A DNA stretch of 64,000 nucleotides, from the sequence record OR805292.1; one strand, 5' to 3'. This document shows positions 28,514 through 38,876 of this stretch, piece after piece (the first letter of the stretch is position 1; the number at the start of each line of letters is the position of its first letter). The notes beneath the pieces are model-generated. The model was not told the DNA's origin. It saw nothing but the letters and a program-made list of their open reading frames with translations, and ran no database searches. The position numbers were made by a program, and so were the translations under genes.

Positions 28514-29118
28514 CCTAAGTCCCTTTTTTCTGAAATTCCTAATAGCATTAAGCTAAAATCATTTAAGCAGTATTCTAGTTTATCTCTTATTTTATTTAAT
28601 TCTTTTATATTTTTATTAAAATATTTGTAATCTTTATTATATTTTGTTTTAAAAACACATATTTTGTTTAAATCGCAGTTTATATCTGAAATTACAGATA
28701 ATAAAAAATATTCTGTATAGAATGTAGATATAATCCATGATGTTTTTAGAGTAACTAAATCAGATAACAATGCTGCCTGTAACTCTTGATGTATACTATA
28801 AACGGGATTTATATTCTTTTTATAATTAGCAAGTATGGCAGGGTATTTATATTTAGATGTTTCTGTTTCTAGCGTGTTATATAATGTACATAATTCTGAA
28901 TCGAATTTTATAGTTTCGTTATAATAATTTAACGCAATTTTAGTTGCTATATCTAATTCTAATTTTTTATATAATTCTTTTGTGCAAAGATTTTTTATAT
29001 TAGAATTAATACCTTTATTATTATATAATTCTTTGTTTATTATACCGGTTTTATTATATATGTTTAAATATTTTTTATATTTAAATTCAATTAAATTAGT
29101 TACTTCATTGTGTACCAT
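28510..29118 (-). CDS. Hypothetical protein (202 aa)
   Basis: ORF ends in the bidirectional terminator at 28500-28529. Confidence 0.6.
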   Translation of the reverse strand: MVHNEVTNLIEFKYKKYLNIYNKTGIINKELYNNKGINSNIKNLCTKELYKKLELDIATKIALNYYNETIKFDSELCTLYNTLETETSKYKYPAILANYKKNINPVYSIHQELQAALLSDLVTLKTSWIISTFYTEYFLLSVISDINCDLNKICVFKTKYNKDYKYFNKNIKELNKIRDKLEYCLNDFSLMLLGISEKRDLG

Positions 29119-29120
29119 TT

Positions 29121-29612
29121 TTATACTTCTTTATGGTTTGACAATATTAATTTAAGTTTATCGATACTTTTAGCAGATTTAAAACTTTGCTTTGCACCAT
29201 AGTGCATAGGATTCGGCCAAGTACCCAATGAAACCCAAGCATATCCTGACGATTCCGAATTAAGTATAGGAATGAATTCGTCTTCTACAACACAAACAAA
29301 ACTGTAATATCTAAAATTTTTATCTTTACTTTCGTAAATATCAAACGGATAAATTTTATCTATATTGGGTACAAAACCCATTTCTTCTTGAAGTTCTCTT
29401 AGAAGTCCATCCTTTGGTAATTCGTTATTTTCTAACATACCTCCCCATAAACTCCATGTAAGACTGTATGTCTTGTGTTCTGCACGCAAATTATATAGAA
29501 TTCTATTAGTTTTGCATGAAATAAAAAGAGTCCCTACAGCTATCTTTTTAGCTAATTGAGCAGATGTTATCGACGCGCCAATATCCTGCTTTATAATCCC
29601 CTGCGTATCCAT
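29121..29612 (-). CDS. NUDIX hydrolase
   Basis: Nudix box GGMLENNELPKDGLLRELQEEMG; start taken at internal ATG 29612 (uncertain). Confidence 0.88.
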   Translation of the reverse strand: MDTQGIIKQDIGASITSAQLAKKIAVGTLFISCKTNRILYNLRAEHKTYSLTWSLWGGMLENNELPKDGLLRELQEEMGFVPNIDKIYPFDIYESKDKNFRYYSFVCVVEDEFIPILNSESSGYAWVSLGTWPNPMHYGAKQSFKSAKSIDKLKLILSNHKEV

Positions 29613-30918
29613 ATTGCCATTCTCTATCTTTAAATTTGTATAATTCTTTATCGTATAAATTTCTAACATACACAGGACTATTATTTGTTACTCTTGCATT
29701 AAATGTAACTACCCATTGTGTTCCTGTATATTCTATTATATCAGAATCGTATGCAACAAAACTATTACCCCATGGATATGAATTTTTTATTGCAGGTTCT
29801 TCTCCTTTAGTTAACGAATTTAGTACCATATATCTTTGGCCTATTTGTGCTTCCGGTAATTTATTTCCAGGAAACATTTTAGATGGATCTATAATTCTAT
29901 TTATAGGCGGAATAGTAGCAGAAGGCAACGTTTCGTCTATTGGGGTAAATGTAGTTGTATTTGTAGACGAAGGTTCTATATATCCTATTATTTCTATATC
30001 GGGATTATCTATATTTCCCTGAATGAGTTTAACTGTAGTAACATTTTGTTCAACTGAACCGTATATATTAAGTAATTTGTCCCATGAATCTGATGATACA
30101 TCTCCGTATGTATTAAGTAATGTTAGTTTATTATCAATTACTCTTAGACCATAGTTTCCGGGCGTTACACATAACTGTTCTTTAACTGTACCAGGGGTTA
30201 TATTAAAGAAATCGGTTGTACTTTTTATATCAGAAAAACTATCTGTATAAATGTTACTTATGATTGTATTGATTATCTTTTGTTTTTTAACTTTAGCTGG
30301 CGGATTTATATATACAATCATTTGAAATATAAGAGACGATATATCGTAGTCAGTAGATGTTCCTACAGGTATAGTCCTGTTAGACCATTGTGTTTCTTTT
30401 AATTCTAATTCAAATATTCTAGACCAATCTAAGGGGTTTTGATTTTGTTCTAGCTGTATACTAGGATTAAATAATACTAATATTTGTTCTAAAATTTGTA
30501 ATTTATTATCTGTATTAGAAGTCAATATATCTAATCGTGTTGTTAGTTTATAAGGCACAGGCATATATGCTTCAACTGTGTATCTATTTCCGGGTTTGTT
30601 AATATAACTACCATTTGCATCTGTAGCCAATTCTGTAACATTAGATACTTTTACCCCTTGTGTATCAACCCGATAATCTGGTGCCAAATCTAAACCAGTG
30701 ATATAACCTGCCATAATAGGCACAGGTATTACTGTATTTTGATTATTTCCGTTAATAATAGATGCAACTTGTCTAGACATATCTCCGTATATAACTGGGA
30801 CTCTTTTTTGAATAGATACGCCGTTATCGTCAGGTGCAGTTCTTATGTTTATATCTGAAAAAACTCGTAGAAACTGTAAAAGATATCGTCTTAACTGCTC
30901 GTCATAAAAATAGTTCAT
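29548..30918 (-). CDS. Tail terminator / sheath stabiliser, gp15-like with C-terminal extension
   Basis: YFYDEQLRRYLLQF, RVPVIYGD, PVPYKL, QILEQILVLFNP motifs. Confidence 0.85.
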   Translation of the reverse strand: MNYFYDEQLRRYLLQFLRVFSDINIRTAPDDNGVSIQKRVPVIYGDMSRQVASIINGNNQNTVIPVPIMAGYITGLDLAPDYRVDTQGVKVSNVTELATDANGSYINKPGNRYTVEAYMPVPYKLTTRLDILTSNTDNKLQILEQILVLFNPSIQLEQNQNPLDWSRIFELELKETQWSNRTIPVGTSTDYDISSLIFQMIVYINPPAKVKKQKIINTIISNIYTDSFSDIKSTTDFFNITPGTVKEQLCVTPGNYGLRVIDNKLTLLNTYGDVSSDSWDKLLNIYGSVEQNVTTVKLIQGNIDNPDIEIIGYIEPSSTNTTTFTPIDETLPSATIPPINRIIDPSKMFPGNKLPEAQIGQRYMVLNSLTKGEEPAIKNSYPWGNSFVAYDSDIIEYTGTQWVVTFNARVTNNSPVYVRNLYDKELYKFKDREWQYGYAGDYKAGYWRVDNICSIS

Positions 30919-32009
30919 TATTTTTTACCGTATATTTCGTTGAGTTTATCTTCGTTTAGATTTACTCTGGCTTTTACCGCTTTAGATAATGCTTGTTTTT
31001 CTGGTGCTGTAGTACAATCATTATTTGTAACAATGTTTGTGTTATCAATGAATGTATCTAATAGCATATTTACAGGAGTCCATTTTCTCCTAGCATCATC
31101 TTCTATTTTTATATAGCGATTTCCTACTTTTCTAAATAATCTGTCTGGCTTGAAGTCTGTTCTTAAAAAGAATTCTCCCTCTTGCATATCATCTGGAAAT
31201 TCTGTACCAGACCCTTTTAGTTTGTATGCATTTGGCGGCACACCAGTTCCAGTCCATAATAATAATTCGAACGAACCGTTTTCTTTTTCTGCCATCCAGA
31301 GATGTGCAGCATCCGACCACGTGGGATCGAACATAACATTTTTTCTTGCTTCTTCTATTATACCATCTGTTATGTCCTGATATTTGTCGTCGTTTGTTAT
31401 AGGGCATTTATTATCATCATAACATCCAGCAGGACCTATTTCTTCTCCGTCGGGACCTATTGCTGTTCCGTCTGTTCCTATAATATCTTCGTATTCTTGA
31501 CCGCCTTTTAGTTGTTGAGCTTTTACTCTCCATAAATGAGACCACCAGCCCGGACCATATCCTTCTGCAGAATGAGTAGCATCTTGAATTACATAATATC
31601 TATTTAATATAGGATCGTTAATATCTAGTGTATCGGGATCTCTTAAATGCGGTAATTCCAATACATCACCGGACATTAATTTTCTACCTATTTGATTTAG
31701 CATAGAATTATAATGAAATGTTATGAAAATGGTATCGTTTGTTAAAAATATACCGAACTGTGATAAATCGAATTCAGAATTTTGCGGCTGATAACACCCC
31801 CTTAAGTCAAACAAACTACTATCATATTTTCTATTTCTATTTTCTAAAAATAAAATATCTTCTATTGTAGTTTCGTCGCCTTTACCTGTCCCTACATATT
31901 TGTGAACTATAATTCCAGTACCGCCCATTTCGACAAAATCTTTTACAGTTCTGTCTACGAAACTATAGTCTTTTCCTTTGTTAGGATTCCAAAGTGATAA
32001 CCGTGCCAT
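30918..32009 (-). CDS. Neck / head-closure protein, gp14-like
   Basis: IEDILFLENRNRKYD, LSQFGIFL, GRKLMSGDVLELPH. Confidence 0.75.
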   Translation of the reverse strand: MARLSLWNPNKGKDYSFVDRTVKDFVEMGGTGIIVHKYVGTGKGDETTIEDILFLENRNRKYDSSLFDLRGCYQPQNSEFDLSQFGIFLTNDTIFITFHYNSMLNQIGRKLMSGDVLELPHLRDPDTLDINDPILNRYYVIQDATHSAEGYGPGWWSHLWRVKAQQLKGGQEYEDIIGTDGTAIGPDGEEIGPAGCYDDNKCPITNDDKYQDITDGIIEEARKNVMFDPTWSDAAHLWMAEKENGSFELLLWTGTGVPPNAYKLKGSGTEFPDDMQEGEFFLRTDFKPDRLFRKVGNRYIKIEDDARRKWTPVNMLLDTFIDNTNIVTNNDCTTAPEKQALSKAVKARVNLNEDKLNEIYGKK

Positions 32010-32075
32010 ATAAACTCCTAGTTATAGGTATTTATCTGATAAAATAAACAAAAATATCTCAATAAAAAAGCAACC

Positions 32076-32573
32076 TTAGGTTGCTTTTTTTTCTCTTTGC
32101 TTTTTTCTTAAATCGTTGTATTTTTTTTCATAATTAACCGATAGTTCGGGGAATTCTATTTTTAATAAATCTTGTGCTTTTTTTATTTTAGAAAAATCTA
32201 TTTTTTCTGGTAAATCTCGTAAAATATCTTTATCTTTTTCTATAATAGATAATATATCGGGGTTAGTTATATACTTAACTGCTTCTCTGTCGAGGGAAGC
32301 CAAAACCATATTTCTTTCAGTTCTTATATTTTTTAATGTTTTATTTGCAGCAGAATCTAAATCTATTACTACTTTAGTTGGATTTTGTATTTTATCAAAT
32401 TTTAATGAATCGAAAAATTGTTGTTCTAATGTGTCGGGAAGTTTATCGTATATAACATATTGGGTATTTTCGTTAAATATACCTAGCGTATATAATTCTT
32501 CTGTAGATTTGTCTGTTATTAATTTAGCAACCCTTGTTTCGTCGATAGGGTTTGTATAAAAGATGGTTTTCAT
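32076..32573 (-). CDS. Putative tail-fibre assembly chaperone
   Basis: Follows three fibre genes; C-terminal R..R..L...D....LRDLP pattern. Confidence 0.55.
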   Translation of the reverse strand: MKTIFYTNPIDETRVAKLITDKSTEELYTLGIFNENTQYVIYDKLPDTLEQQFFDSLKFDKIQNPTKVVIDLDSAANKTLKNIRTERNMVLASLDREAVKYITNPDILSIIEKDKDILRDLPEKIDFSKIKKAQDLLKIEFPELSVNYEKKYNDLRKKQREKKAT

Positions 32574-32586
32574 GTGTATCTATCCT

Positions 32587-34122
32587 TTAGTAGTATATTA
32601 CAAGTGAGAAGAACGGTGCATCGAAATAATCTTCGCCGAATCTGTTAGTCCAACCTGATGGATTGTAATTTATTATGTGATCTGCTTTTGTTATTTTACA
32701 GTTAACATCAAAATATGTGGTAGTTTTTGTTGTTACCCATTGTTCAGTTATATTTAGTTGATTATTCCATACCATTGCATCAGCGTTTCCTAATACAACT
32801 ACATAATTTGTATCTGGCGCAGGCACAGATAGATATACTCTATAGCGACCAGATGCTAATTTACTAACTGTTAAATTCCAGGAATCTAGTCTACTGCCGG
32901 TAGGACCGGACCAAGATATCCATCCTTTTGATTTTTTTATTAAAGTGTTATATCCGGCCCATTCATTTAATGCTTGCGCCGGAGTAAATCTCATAGTATT
33001 GTTTGAATTACTTCTTACAAAACCTATTTTGCTATTTCTAGTAAATTGATCACTGGTATTGTTGCCCGTAGATCTTAACAATCTACCGGTGATGGCACCT
33101 GAGGAATCTCGCTCTACTACAGTGCCTGGAGTAGCAAGTGTAGAGTTTATTCTACCGTCTAATGCAGCAGAATCTGATGCTTTACCGTTAACAGGAAGAG
33201 CCCCTATTTGTGCAGGCGTCGGTCTATATCCTAAATGAAATACTTGATTATTGCCAATGTATAGTTGATTTGGAGATAATCTATATTGTAATGCTAGAAC
33301 AGGAGTTGTATTAAGTGAGCCTCTATTATACAGTTTAATAAAAACAGATGATGTACTAAGCGTGGTATTATTTAATTCTAATATAGTAGCTGATGAATTG
33401 TTAGTAGCTATTGTATTATTAATAGATAGACCGTTAGAAATACCCCTGGATTCTAAGTATGATTTTCCTGATCTAAACGACATTAATCCGTCAGATGGTG
33501 TTACATTGATGGCTGCATTTGCTACAGGAGCAGCAACCTTCATAAATTTTGCAGCAGGTATTCCGTTTAAATTATTCGAGTTTGCTGCTTTATCTGTTTT
33601 CTTTAGAAATAAAGAATCTGCTTCTGCTTTAGTGTAAGTAACATCCTTACCGAAAACACCTAAATTTGTTCTAGCAGAACTTGCGTTCAATACGTCTGCA
33701 AAATTTTTAGATATATCGAATATAGGGTAATTTTCTAATTTATCTAGTTTTACTGAATATTTGTCTACTAAGTGAGGGTTATTATAGTTAGTAATATGAG
33801 CCCATACTGCGTCTTCTTCGAATTTAGTAATAGGAACCCAGTTATTTATATTTGTACTATCTAATCCATTTGGTCCAGGGAATATGTACATTTGCCTTGT
33901 ATTTTCTTTCCACCATAACTGCCCTGTTACGGCAGATACCGGCGGAAGATGATATGAGAAATTATTTAGTATATTAATTAAATTCTCACCAACATCTTGT
34001 ACATATGATTTTACATAAGTTCCTGTGAATACTAATGAAGTTTCTGTATTTTTTTTTAAATCTTTGACTAAATATCCGCCATCGATTAATCTATATCGAT
34101 AATGTTTTACTCTGTAATTCAT
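32587..34122 (-). CDS. Tail/baseplate fibre protein (paralog 3)
   Basis: ENL...NF..PP...GQLW N-domain, AHITNYNNPH motif, C-terminal KGWISW...KLASGRYRVY domain. Confidence 0.7.
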   Translation of the reverse strand: MNYRVKHYRYRLIDGGYLVKDLKKNTETSLVFTGTYVKSYVQDVGENLINILNNFSYHLPPVSAVTGQLWWKENTRQMYIFPGPNGLDSTNINNWVPITKFEEDAVWAHITNYNNPHLVDKYSVKLDKLENYPIFDISKNFADVLNASSARTNLGVFGKDVTYTKAEADSLFLKKTDKAANSNNLNGIPAAKFMKVAAPVANAAINVTPSDGLMSFRSGKSYLESRGISNGLSINNTIATNNSSATILELNNTTLSTSSVFIKLYNRGSLNTTPVLALQYRLSPNQLYIGNNQVFHLGYRPTPAQIGALPVNGKASDSAALDGRINSTLATPGTVVERDSSGAITGRLLRSTGNNTSDQFTRNSKIGFVRSNSNNTMRFTPAQALNEWAGYNTLIKKSKGWISWSGPTGSRLDSWNLTVSKLASGRYRVYLSVPAPDTNYVVVLGNADAMVWNNQLNITEQWVTTKTTTYFDVNCKITKADHIINYNPSGWTNRFGEDYFDAPFFSLVIYY

Positions 34123-34123
34123 A

Positions 34124-35722
34124 TTAGAAGAACCATGTAAATGTTATGTTGTTAGCGTCTGCGTATACATTAGTAAACGAATCTAAAGAATAGTTATTAT
34201 AATTAATATTGTATGTTCTGAAGAATTCTAAATCTGTATAAGTAGTGCTTCTTAAATATACCAATGATGAATTGTAGCTAAGTCTCCCAGTGCCAGCAGC
34301 CATACCAGTAGATATTTGACCGTCACTAGTAACTCCTACAAACGGAACAACAGAACCCGCAGCAGGCGTAGAAAATGAATTGTAATATATTCTATATTTC
34401 CCTGTACCTAGTTTAGTTAATGTACAGTTATGTGACTTATAAGTAGAACCTGTTATTCCGTTAAATTGTATCCAAGCTTTAACTACACCTTTCGGTTCGT
34501 TAGCCCTAAACCACGACTGGAATGAAGAGACATTTGCTCGTCTAACATAGTTATCGCTTGTATTTGAATTTCTAAATAGAATTAAATTTCCTGTTTCTAT
34601 GTTTTCGTCTGGATTAGAAACTTGAATGTGTCTAGCATGTACATCTCCTGCACCATCTCTTAATACAACTGCATTGTCATTTGGACTGCTAGATTGATAA
34701 ATGCCATTTAATAATAGTGTATTGACAGCCTTTCCATTTAGTGGAAGTGAACCGACAGCAGCGTTAGACGGTATTCTTCCTGTATGATACATTTCACTAG
34801 GATTAGTATCGTAGTCTATTATTAAATTAGTTTTTGTAAATCTATATGATTTTACTGGTTGTGCTGTTTGATTGTTTGCAGTAGCACGATTAAATAAAAC
34901 CATAGTAACTATAGGATCACTATTATCGTTAATAAACGATAACATAGCACCGGTATCGTTTGCAGATGCAATTCTTCCGTCTGACCTTATTCCAGACAAC
35001 AAATCTATATTTCCTGCACCTGTGTTAACTACTATAGAACCTTTAGAGTTATTATATGTTAACGCAGTATTAGTGATTATACTGGTTGTATCGAATGTTC
35101 TATAAACAACAGGGTTGTCTACAAGGACAAAATCAGCACTAGTTAAGCCATCTAATCTGTCAGTATTATTTACTGTACCACCTTTTGTCATAAAAAGATT
35201 GTTTACAGTAGTTTTATTGTAAGTTTCTGAAGTCCCGTATACTTCTAAATTAGATCGGCATATAGATGCATCTAATACATCTGCAAGATTTAATGTTTTG
35301 TTAAATGTGTAAACATTAGGAACATTTCCCAATCCCACTTGTGCTTTTGTTGTCTCGTGGGGATCGTTAATACCTGTTCTTGATTCGTGATCTGTTAGCT
35401 CATTTAAAATAGTAGATCCTAGATTTTTCCAATCGGAAGAAACAGACGTAGGTTTATCATTACTTATGTAAACTTTAACACTTTTTTCATCTGGATTAAA
35501 CCATAATTGACCTTCTATCGGATTTAACGGAGCAATAGTATGACTAAAATTTTCCATCTTCCATAGCATATTCTGGAAGAACTGACTTTTGTAAGATTCA
35601 TTGTACGATCCTATTAGTCCAATAGAAGAGTACGTATTGTCTATTTGTATATCGTTAACGGTTTTATTTGGTTTAGAAGAGCCGCCGTTGACAGATGAAT
35701 AACGTTTAATAGTGTAAGGCAT
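34124..35722 (-). CDS. Tail/baseplate fibre protein (paralog 2)
   Basis: MENFSHTIAPLNPIEGQLW, NDPHETTKAQVGLGNV, KAWIQF...KLGTGKYRIY. Confidence 0.7.
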   Translation of the reverse strand: MPYTIKRYSSVNGGSSKPNKTVNDIQIDNTYSSIGLIGSYNESYKSQFFQNMLWKMENFSHTIAPLNPIEGQLWFNPDEKSVKVYISNDKPTSVSSDWKNLGSTILNELTDHESRTGINDPHETTKAQVGLGNVPNVYTFNKTLNLADVLDASICRSNLEVYGTSETYNKTTVNNLFMTKGGTVNNTDRLDGLTSADFVLVDNPVVYRTFDTTSIITNTALTYNNSKGSIVVNTGAGNIDLLSGIRSDGRIASANDTGAMLSFINDNSDPIVTMVLFNRATANNQTAQPVKSYRFTKTNLIIDYDTNPSEMYHTGRIPSNAAVGSLPLNGKAVNTLLLNGIYQSSSPNDNAVVLRDGAGDVHARHIQVSNPDENIETGNLILFRNSNTSDNYVRRANVSSFQSWFRANEPKGVVKAWIQFNGITGSTYKSHNCTLTKLGTGKYRIYYNSFSTPAAGSVVPFVGVTSDGQISTGMAAGTGRLSYNSSLVYLRSTTYTDLEFFRTYNINYNNYSLDSFTNVYADANNITFTWFF

Positions 35723-38085
35723 TATAGATTTACCCAGGATGAAAAATATACTTGTAATGATGCTAATCCCGGATCGTCATATTCCCTTGAATAATCTTGA
35801 TAACCGGTTCCGTCGTTGTTATTAAAATTACTGTTTAATGTACTAGCAACGTCAAAGTATGATAATGTTTTGTTATAGCAATATATAGACACTGCTCTAA
35901 ATGCTTTAGAATAGTTAACAACATCTCCCTCTATGGCACCTACGTGCCCCTCTGACATACATTGTGTCATAACAGCATAATTTGTATTTGTTGGACGCAA
36001 AGTAGTAAAATAGAATCTATATAATCCTGTTCCTAATTTTGTTATAGATAAATTTAAAGTGTTTATTACAAAGAAGGAACCGCCCGTAAGATTTGTGTCT
36101 GAGAATGATGCCAGACCTTTTGGCATATCTATTTCTACTTTCCAGTCATATCCTAAATAAGTTACTAATTGGTCCCTGCTAGCAAAACGAACATAATTGT
36201 CATTGGTATTATTGTTTCTAAATGTTACTTGGGCATTTACTGACATAGGGTCTGCATTAGTGTATGTCATACTAAATGAAGATGCAGATAGATACCCGCC
36301 GTTTGCATCAGGAAGATTAGAAGGTGTATATCTTACTGCTATTGTGTTGGCACCCGGACTAGTTGAATTTATTTTACCGTTAAGTAAATATGAATCTACA
36401 GCAGTACCGTTCCACGCCAATGCTCCTACTTCGGCAGCGGTCGGTGGCCGTCTGTCGTGGAATGCTAAATTACCAGAACCTATATATAGATTGTCTGCTT
36501 TAAATGATATGATACTATTTGCTACTAATGGTGTATTTATTGCACCAGTATTATAGAAGACAAACTGTATTCCGTTATCTAATGTATTGTTAGTAACCAT
36601 ATTCATACTAACAGCAGTAGTATTATTTTGAGAATGAATATCTGTAACAGTACCGCCTAGTATTAGACTAGTTCCGTAATTGGGTTTATATGCTAATCTG
36701 AAACTATTATCATTCATTACTATTACATCTCCTGATGTAACAGATGAAGTTATAGACGAAGTAACAAACGGCGTTTGTTTTTTAACGTAAGCTGTGCTAT
36801 CTAACCCGCCTAGTAATTCTGAATCTGGAGAAGAACTATTTGATTTATCTACGAATAGATTATTATATTCTTGGGAATTGTATGTTTCGTTTTTACTATA
36901 TATAGATAAATTATTTCTAGCGGCTGCCTTATTTAAAACATCTGCTAGGTTCAGTGTTTTATCGAATGTATTTACGTTATCTACTAACCCTAGACCTATC
37001 TGTTCTTTTGTAACTTGATGAGGGTCGTTTTTATCATTAATGTGAGCACTGAGTAAATCTAATGTGCCCTGAGTTAATGGATGCCATTTTGCTAGATTTG
37101 TAAATTCACCGGGTTCTCCTACATATACATAAAATGATCCTTGTGTACCGGGTCCTTCTGTTTTATACCATAGTTGTCCTTTTATAGCATTTTGGGGAGG
37201 AGAAGAACTAGCAAAGTTTTCTACCATCCATATCATGGATTCACTAAATGCTTTTTCGTAACCTGCCGAATTATATCCTGGCATAGATATAGAAAGTAAG
37301 TTAGAAGAAATATAGTTATCAGGTACATTTAATCCTGGAATCTTGTTATAGCACTTTGCAGAAAAAGATAATACCTCGAAAGTACATAAATCCTGATTAC
37401 CTGATACAAATCCAAATAATGCAGATGTTTTAAAATCAGTTAGTGTATCATCGTTTAGATCTATAGTAAACACCGAGTTATCTATTATTACGTTAGAATT
37501 CCAGTCGGAACACTTAGCTGTTATTTTATTATTTTCTCTAATTACATTAATAATTGTATATCTATTTGACCAACCGAGATACCCTGTAGATGATGTAGAA
37601 GTAGCCCCAGCAGGACTATTAATTCCTATTGTTTTACTAGAAAGAATCGTTCTAGTTTTATTGTTATCTAAAATTAGTTCCCAATTCCTTCCGGATCCGC
37701 TGCTAGATGTGTTACCTAATGACCGGACAGCAGATATATATTTTCCTTTTTGTCCAGCAACACACAAACCTAACCTGTTATTTCTTATAGAATTGCTAGA
37801 TATTTTTATTGTAATATTAAAATCACTAACTTGATCCATGTATAACGCATAGCTATATAACGATGCTGCATTAGTTGATATAGGATCGGGAGTTCTTGTG
37901 TAAGAAAGAATAGAAGTAGCTGACCATCCTGCAGTGACGCCGCCTATTGCTTTTCCTTCCCATGCATCATACAAGTTAACTGATGTAGCTTTTGACCAAT
38001 CAGAAACAACTTCTTGGTAACTAGGAAAAGAAGTTAGTTCTCTATTTTGGTAATAATTATTTGATAAACGTAATTCGTAACCCAT
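35722..38085 (-). CDS. Tail/baseplate fibre protein (paralog 1) with extra ~230-aa N-terminal beta-rich domain
   Basis: VENFASSSPPQNAIKGQLW, AHINDKNDPHQVTKEQIGL, KLGTGLYRFYF. Confidence 0.7.
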   Translation of the reverse strand: MGYELRLSNNYYQNRELTSFPSYQEVVSDWSKATSVNLYDAWEGKAIGGVTAGWSATSILSYTRTPDPISTNAASLYSYALYMDQVSDFNITIKISSNSIRNNRLGLCVAGQKGKYISAVRSLGNTSSSGSGRNWELILDNNKTRTILSSKTIGINSPAGATSTSSTGYLGWSNRYTIINVIRENNKITAKCSDWNSNVIIDNSVFTIDLNDDTLTDFKTSALFGFVSGNQDLCTFEVLSFSAKCYNKIPGLNVPDNYISSNLLSISMPGYNSAGYEKAFSESMIWMVENFASSSPPQNAIKGQLWYKTEGPGTQGSFYVYVGEPGEFTNLAKWHPLTQGTLDLLSAHINDKNDPHQVTKEQIGLGLVDNVNTFDKTLNLADVLNKAAARNNLSIYSKNETYNSQEYNNLFVDKSNSSSPDSELLGGLDSTAYVKKQTPFVTSSITSSVTSGDVIVMNDNSFRLAYKPNYGTSLILGGTVTDIHSQNNTTAVSMNMVTNNTLDNGIQFVFYNTGAINTPLVANSIISFKADNLYIGSGNLAFHDRRPPTAAEVGALAWNGTAVDSYLLNGKINSTSPGANTIAVRYTPSNLPDANGGYLSASSFSMTYTNADPMSVNAQVTFRNNNTNDNYVRFASRDQLVTYLGYDWKVEIDMPKGLASFSDTNLTGGSFFVINTLNLSITKLGTGLYRFYFTTLRPTNTNYAVMTQCMSEGHVGAIEGDVVNYSKAFRAVSIYCYNKTLSYFDVASTLNSNFNNNDGTGYQDYSREYDDPGLASLQVYFSSWVNL

Positions 38086-38192
38086 GACAATGCTCGATAT
38101 TCTTTATGATATTTATCATAGTAATTTTAGGTAAATTTATGAAATTATATTTATTTTCTTTTATAAAACATAAAATATAGTTGTTTAATTTA

Positions 38193-38485
38193 ACTGGGTG
38201 TAATATAATTTGTAGTGTATGCAATACATTTGCATATATACCAAGCACTGTATGGTGAGTTGCATACAGCGATGGGCAATCGTAGTGCCGACATTGATCT
38301 AGTATGATCTGAAATAGGTCCCTTACGCCGAGGTAAGGCTATCTGGCACGGATAGTAGTGGATGTGTATGTTCGAAATAACGATATCATATTTTAGACAT
38401 ACGCCGCCGTCAGCATTTTTAGTTTGCAACTGCTGATATCTTTAAGTTTTGTTGATGGCCGGGGGTGGTGCCCAGTGCATTTTTA
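38193..38485 (+). ncRNA. Candidate ~285-nt multi-helix RNA
   Basis: Terminal helix 38193-38200/38469-38476 enclosing at least six hairpins; GC-richer than flanks; G-U pairs favour the + strand. Confidence 0.6.
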
Positions 38486-38680
38486 TTGTAGAGTTAATGT
38501 GTAAAAGGAATAAATGTGATTAAAGACGAGGTTCTTTTCTAAAACTGTTTCTAAAAATAAATGCGTTAAAACCTTGGGTTTAGTTAATGCATTATATATG
38601 CTATATAATTATCCCTACATAAACATGTATGTTTAACTTGTTTAGTTAACAACAAAATATGCAAATTAAGGAATTAACTG

Positions 38681-38848
38681 ATGACTAAATTTAATAAAAA
38701 ATCGTTAGATACGTATGAAGATAGAGAAGATTATAGAGATGAAGAAACCGGTGACAGGTTAAATAATAAGAAATCTGAACCTAAAAAAAATAATACTGAT
38801 TATAAGCCGTTTGGTAAAATTACCAACCGCTATAATAATGATAATTAA
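38681..38848 (+). CDS. Small charged hypothetical protein (55 aa)
   Basis: Not in ORF track; SD aagga; MTKFNKKSLDTYEDREDYRDEETGDRLNNKKSEPKKNNTDYKPFGKITNRYNNDN. Confidence 0.6.
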   Translation: MTKFNKKSLDTYEDREDYRDEETGDRLNNKKSEPKKNNTDYKPFGKITNRYNNDN

Positions 38849-38876
38849 ATAGTAAATATTATTATCATTTACTACG

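Noticed and set aside
38190-38429. 79-aa minus-strand ORF overlapping the RNA candidate
   Set aside because: No SD, atypical composition and no recognisable motif; G-U-containing helices explain the sequence better on +. Not fully excluded.
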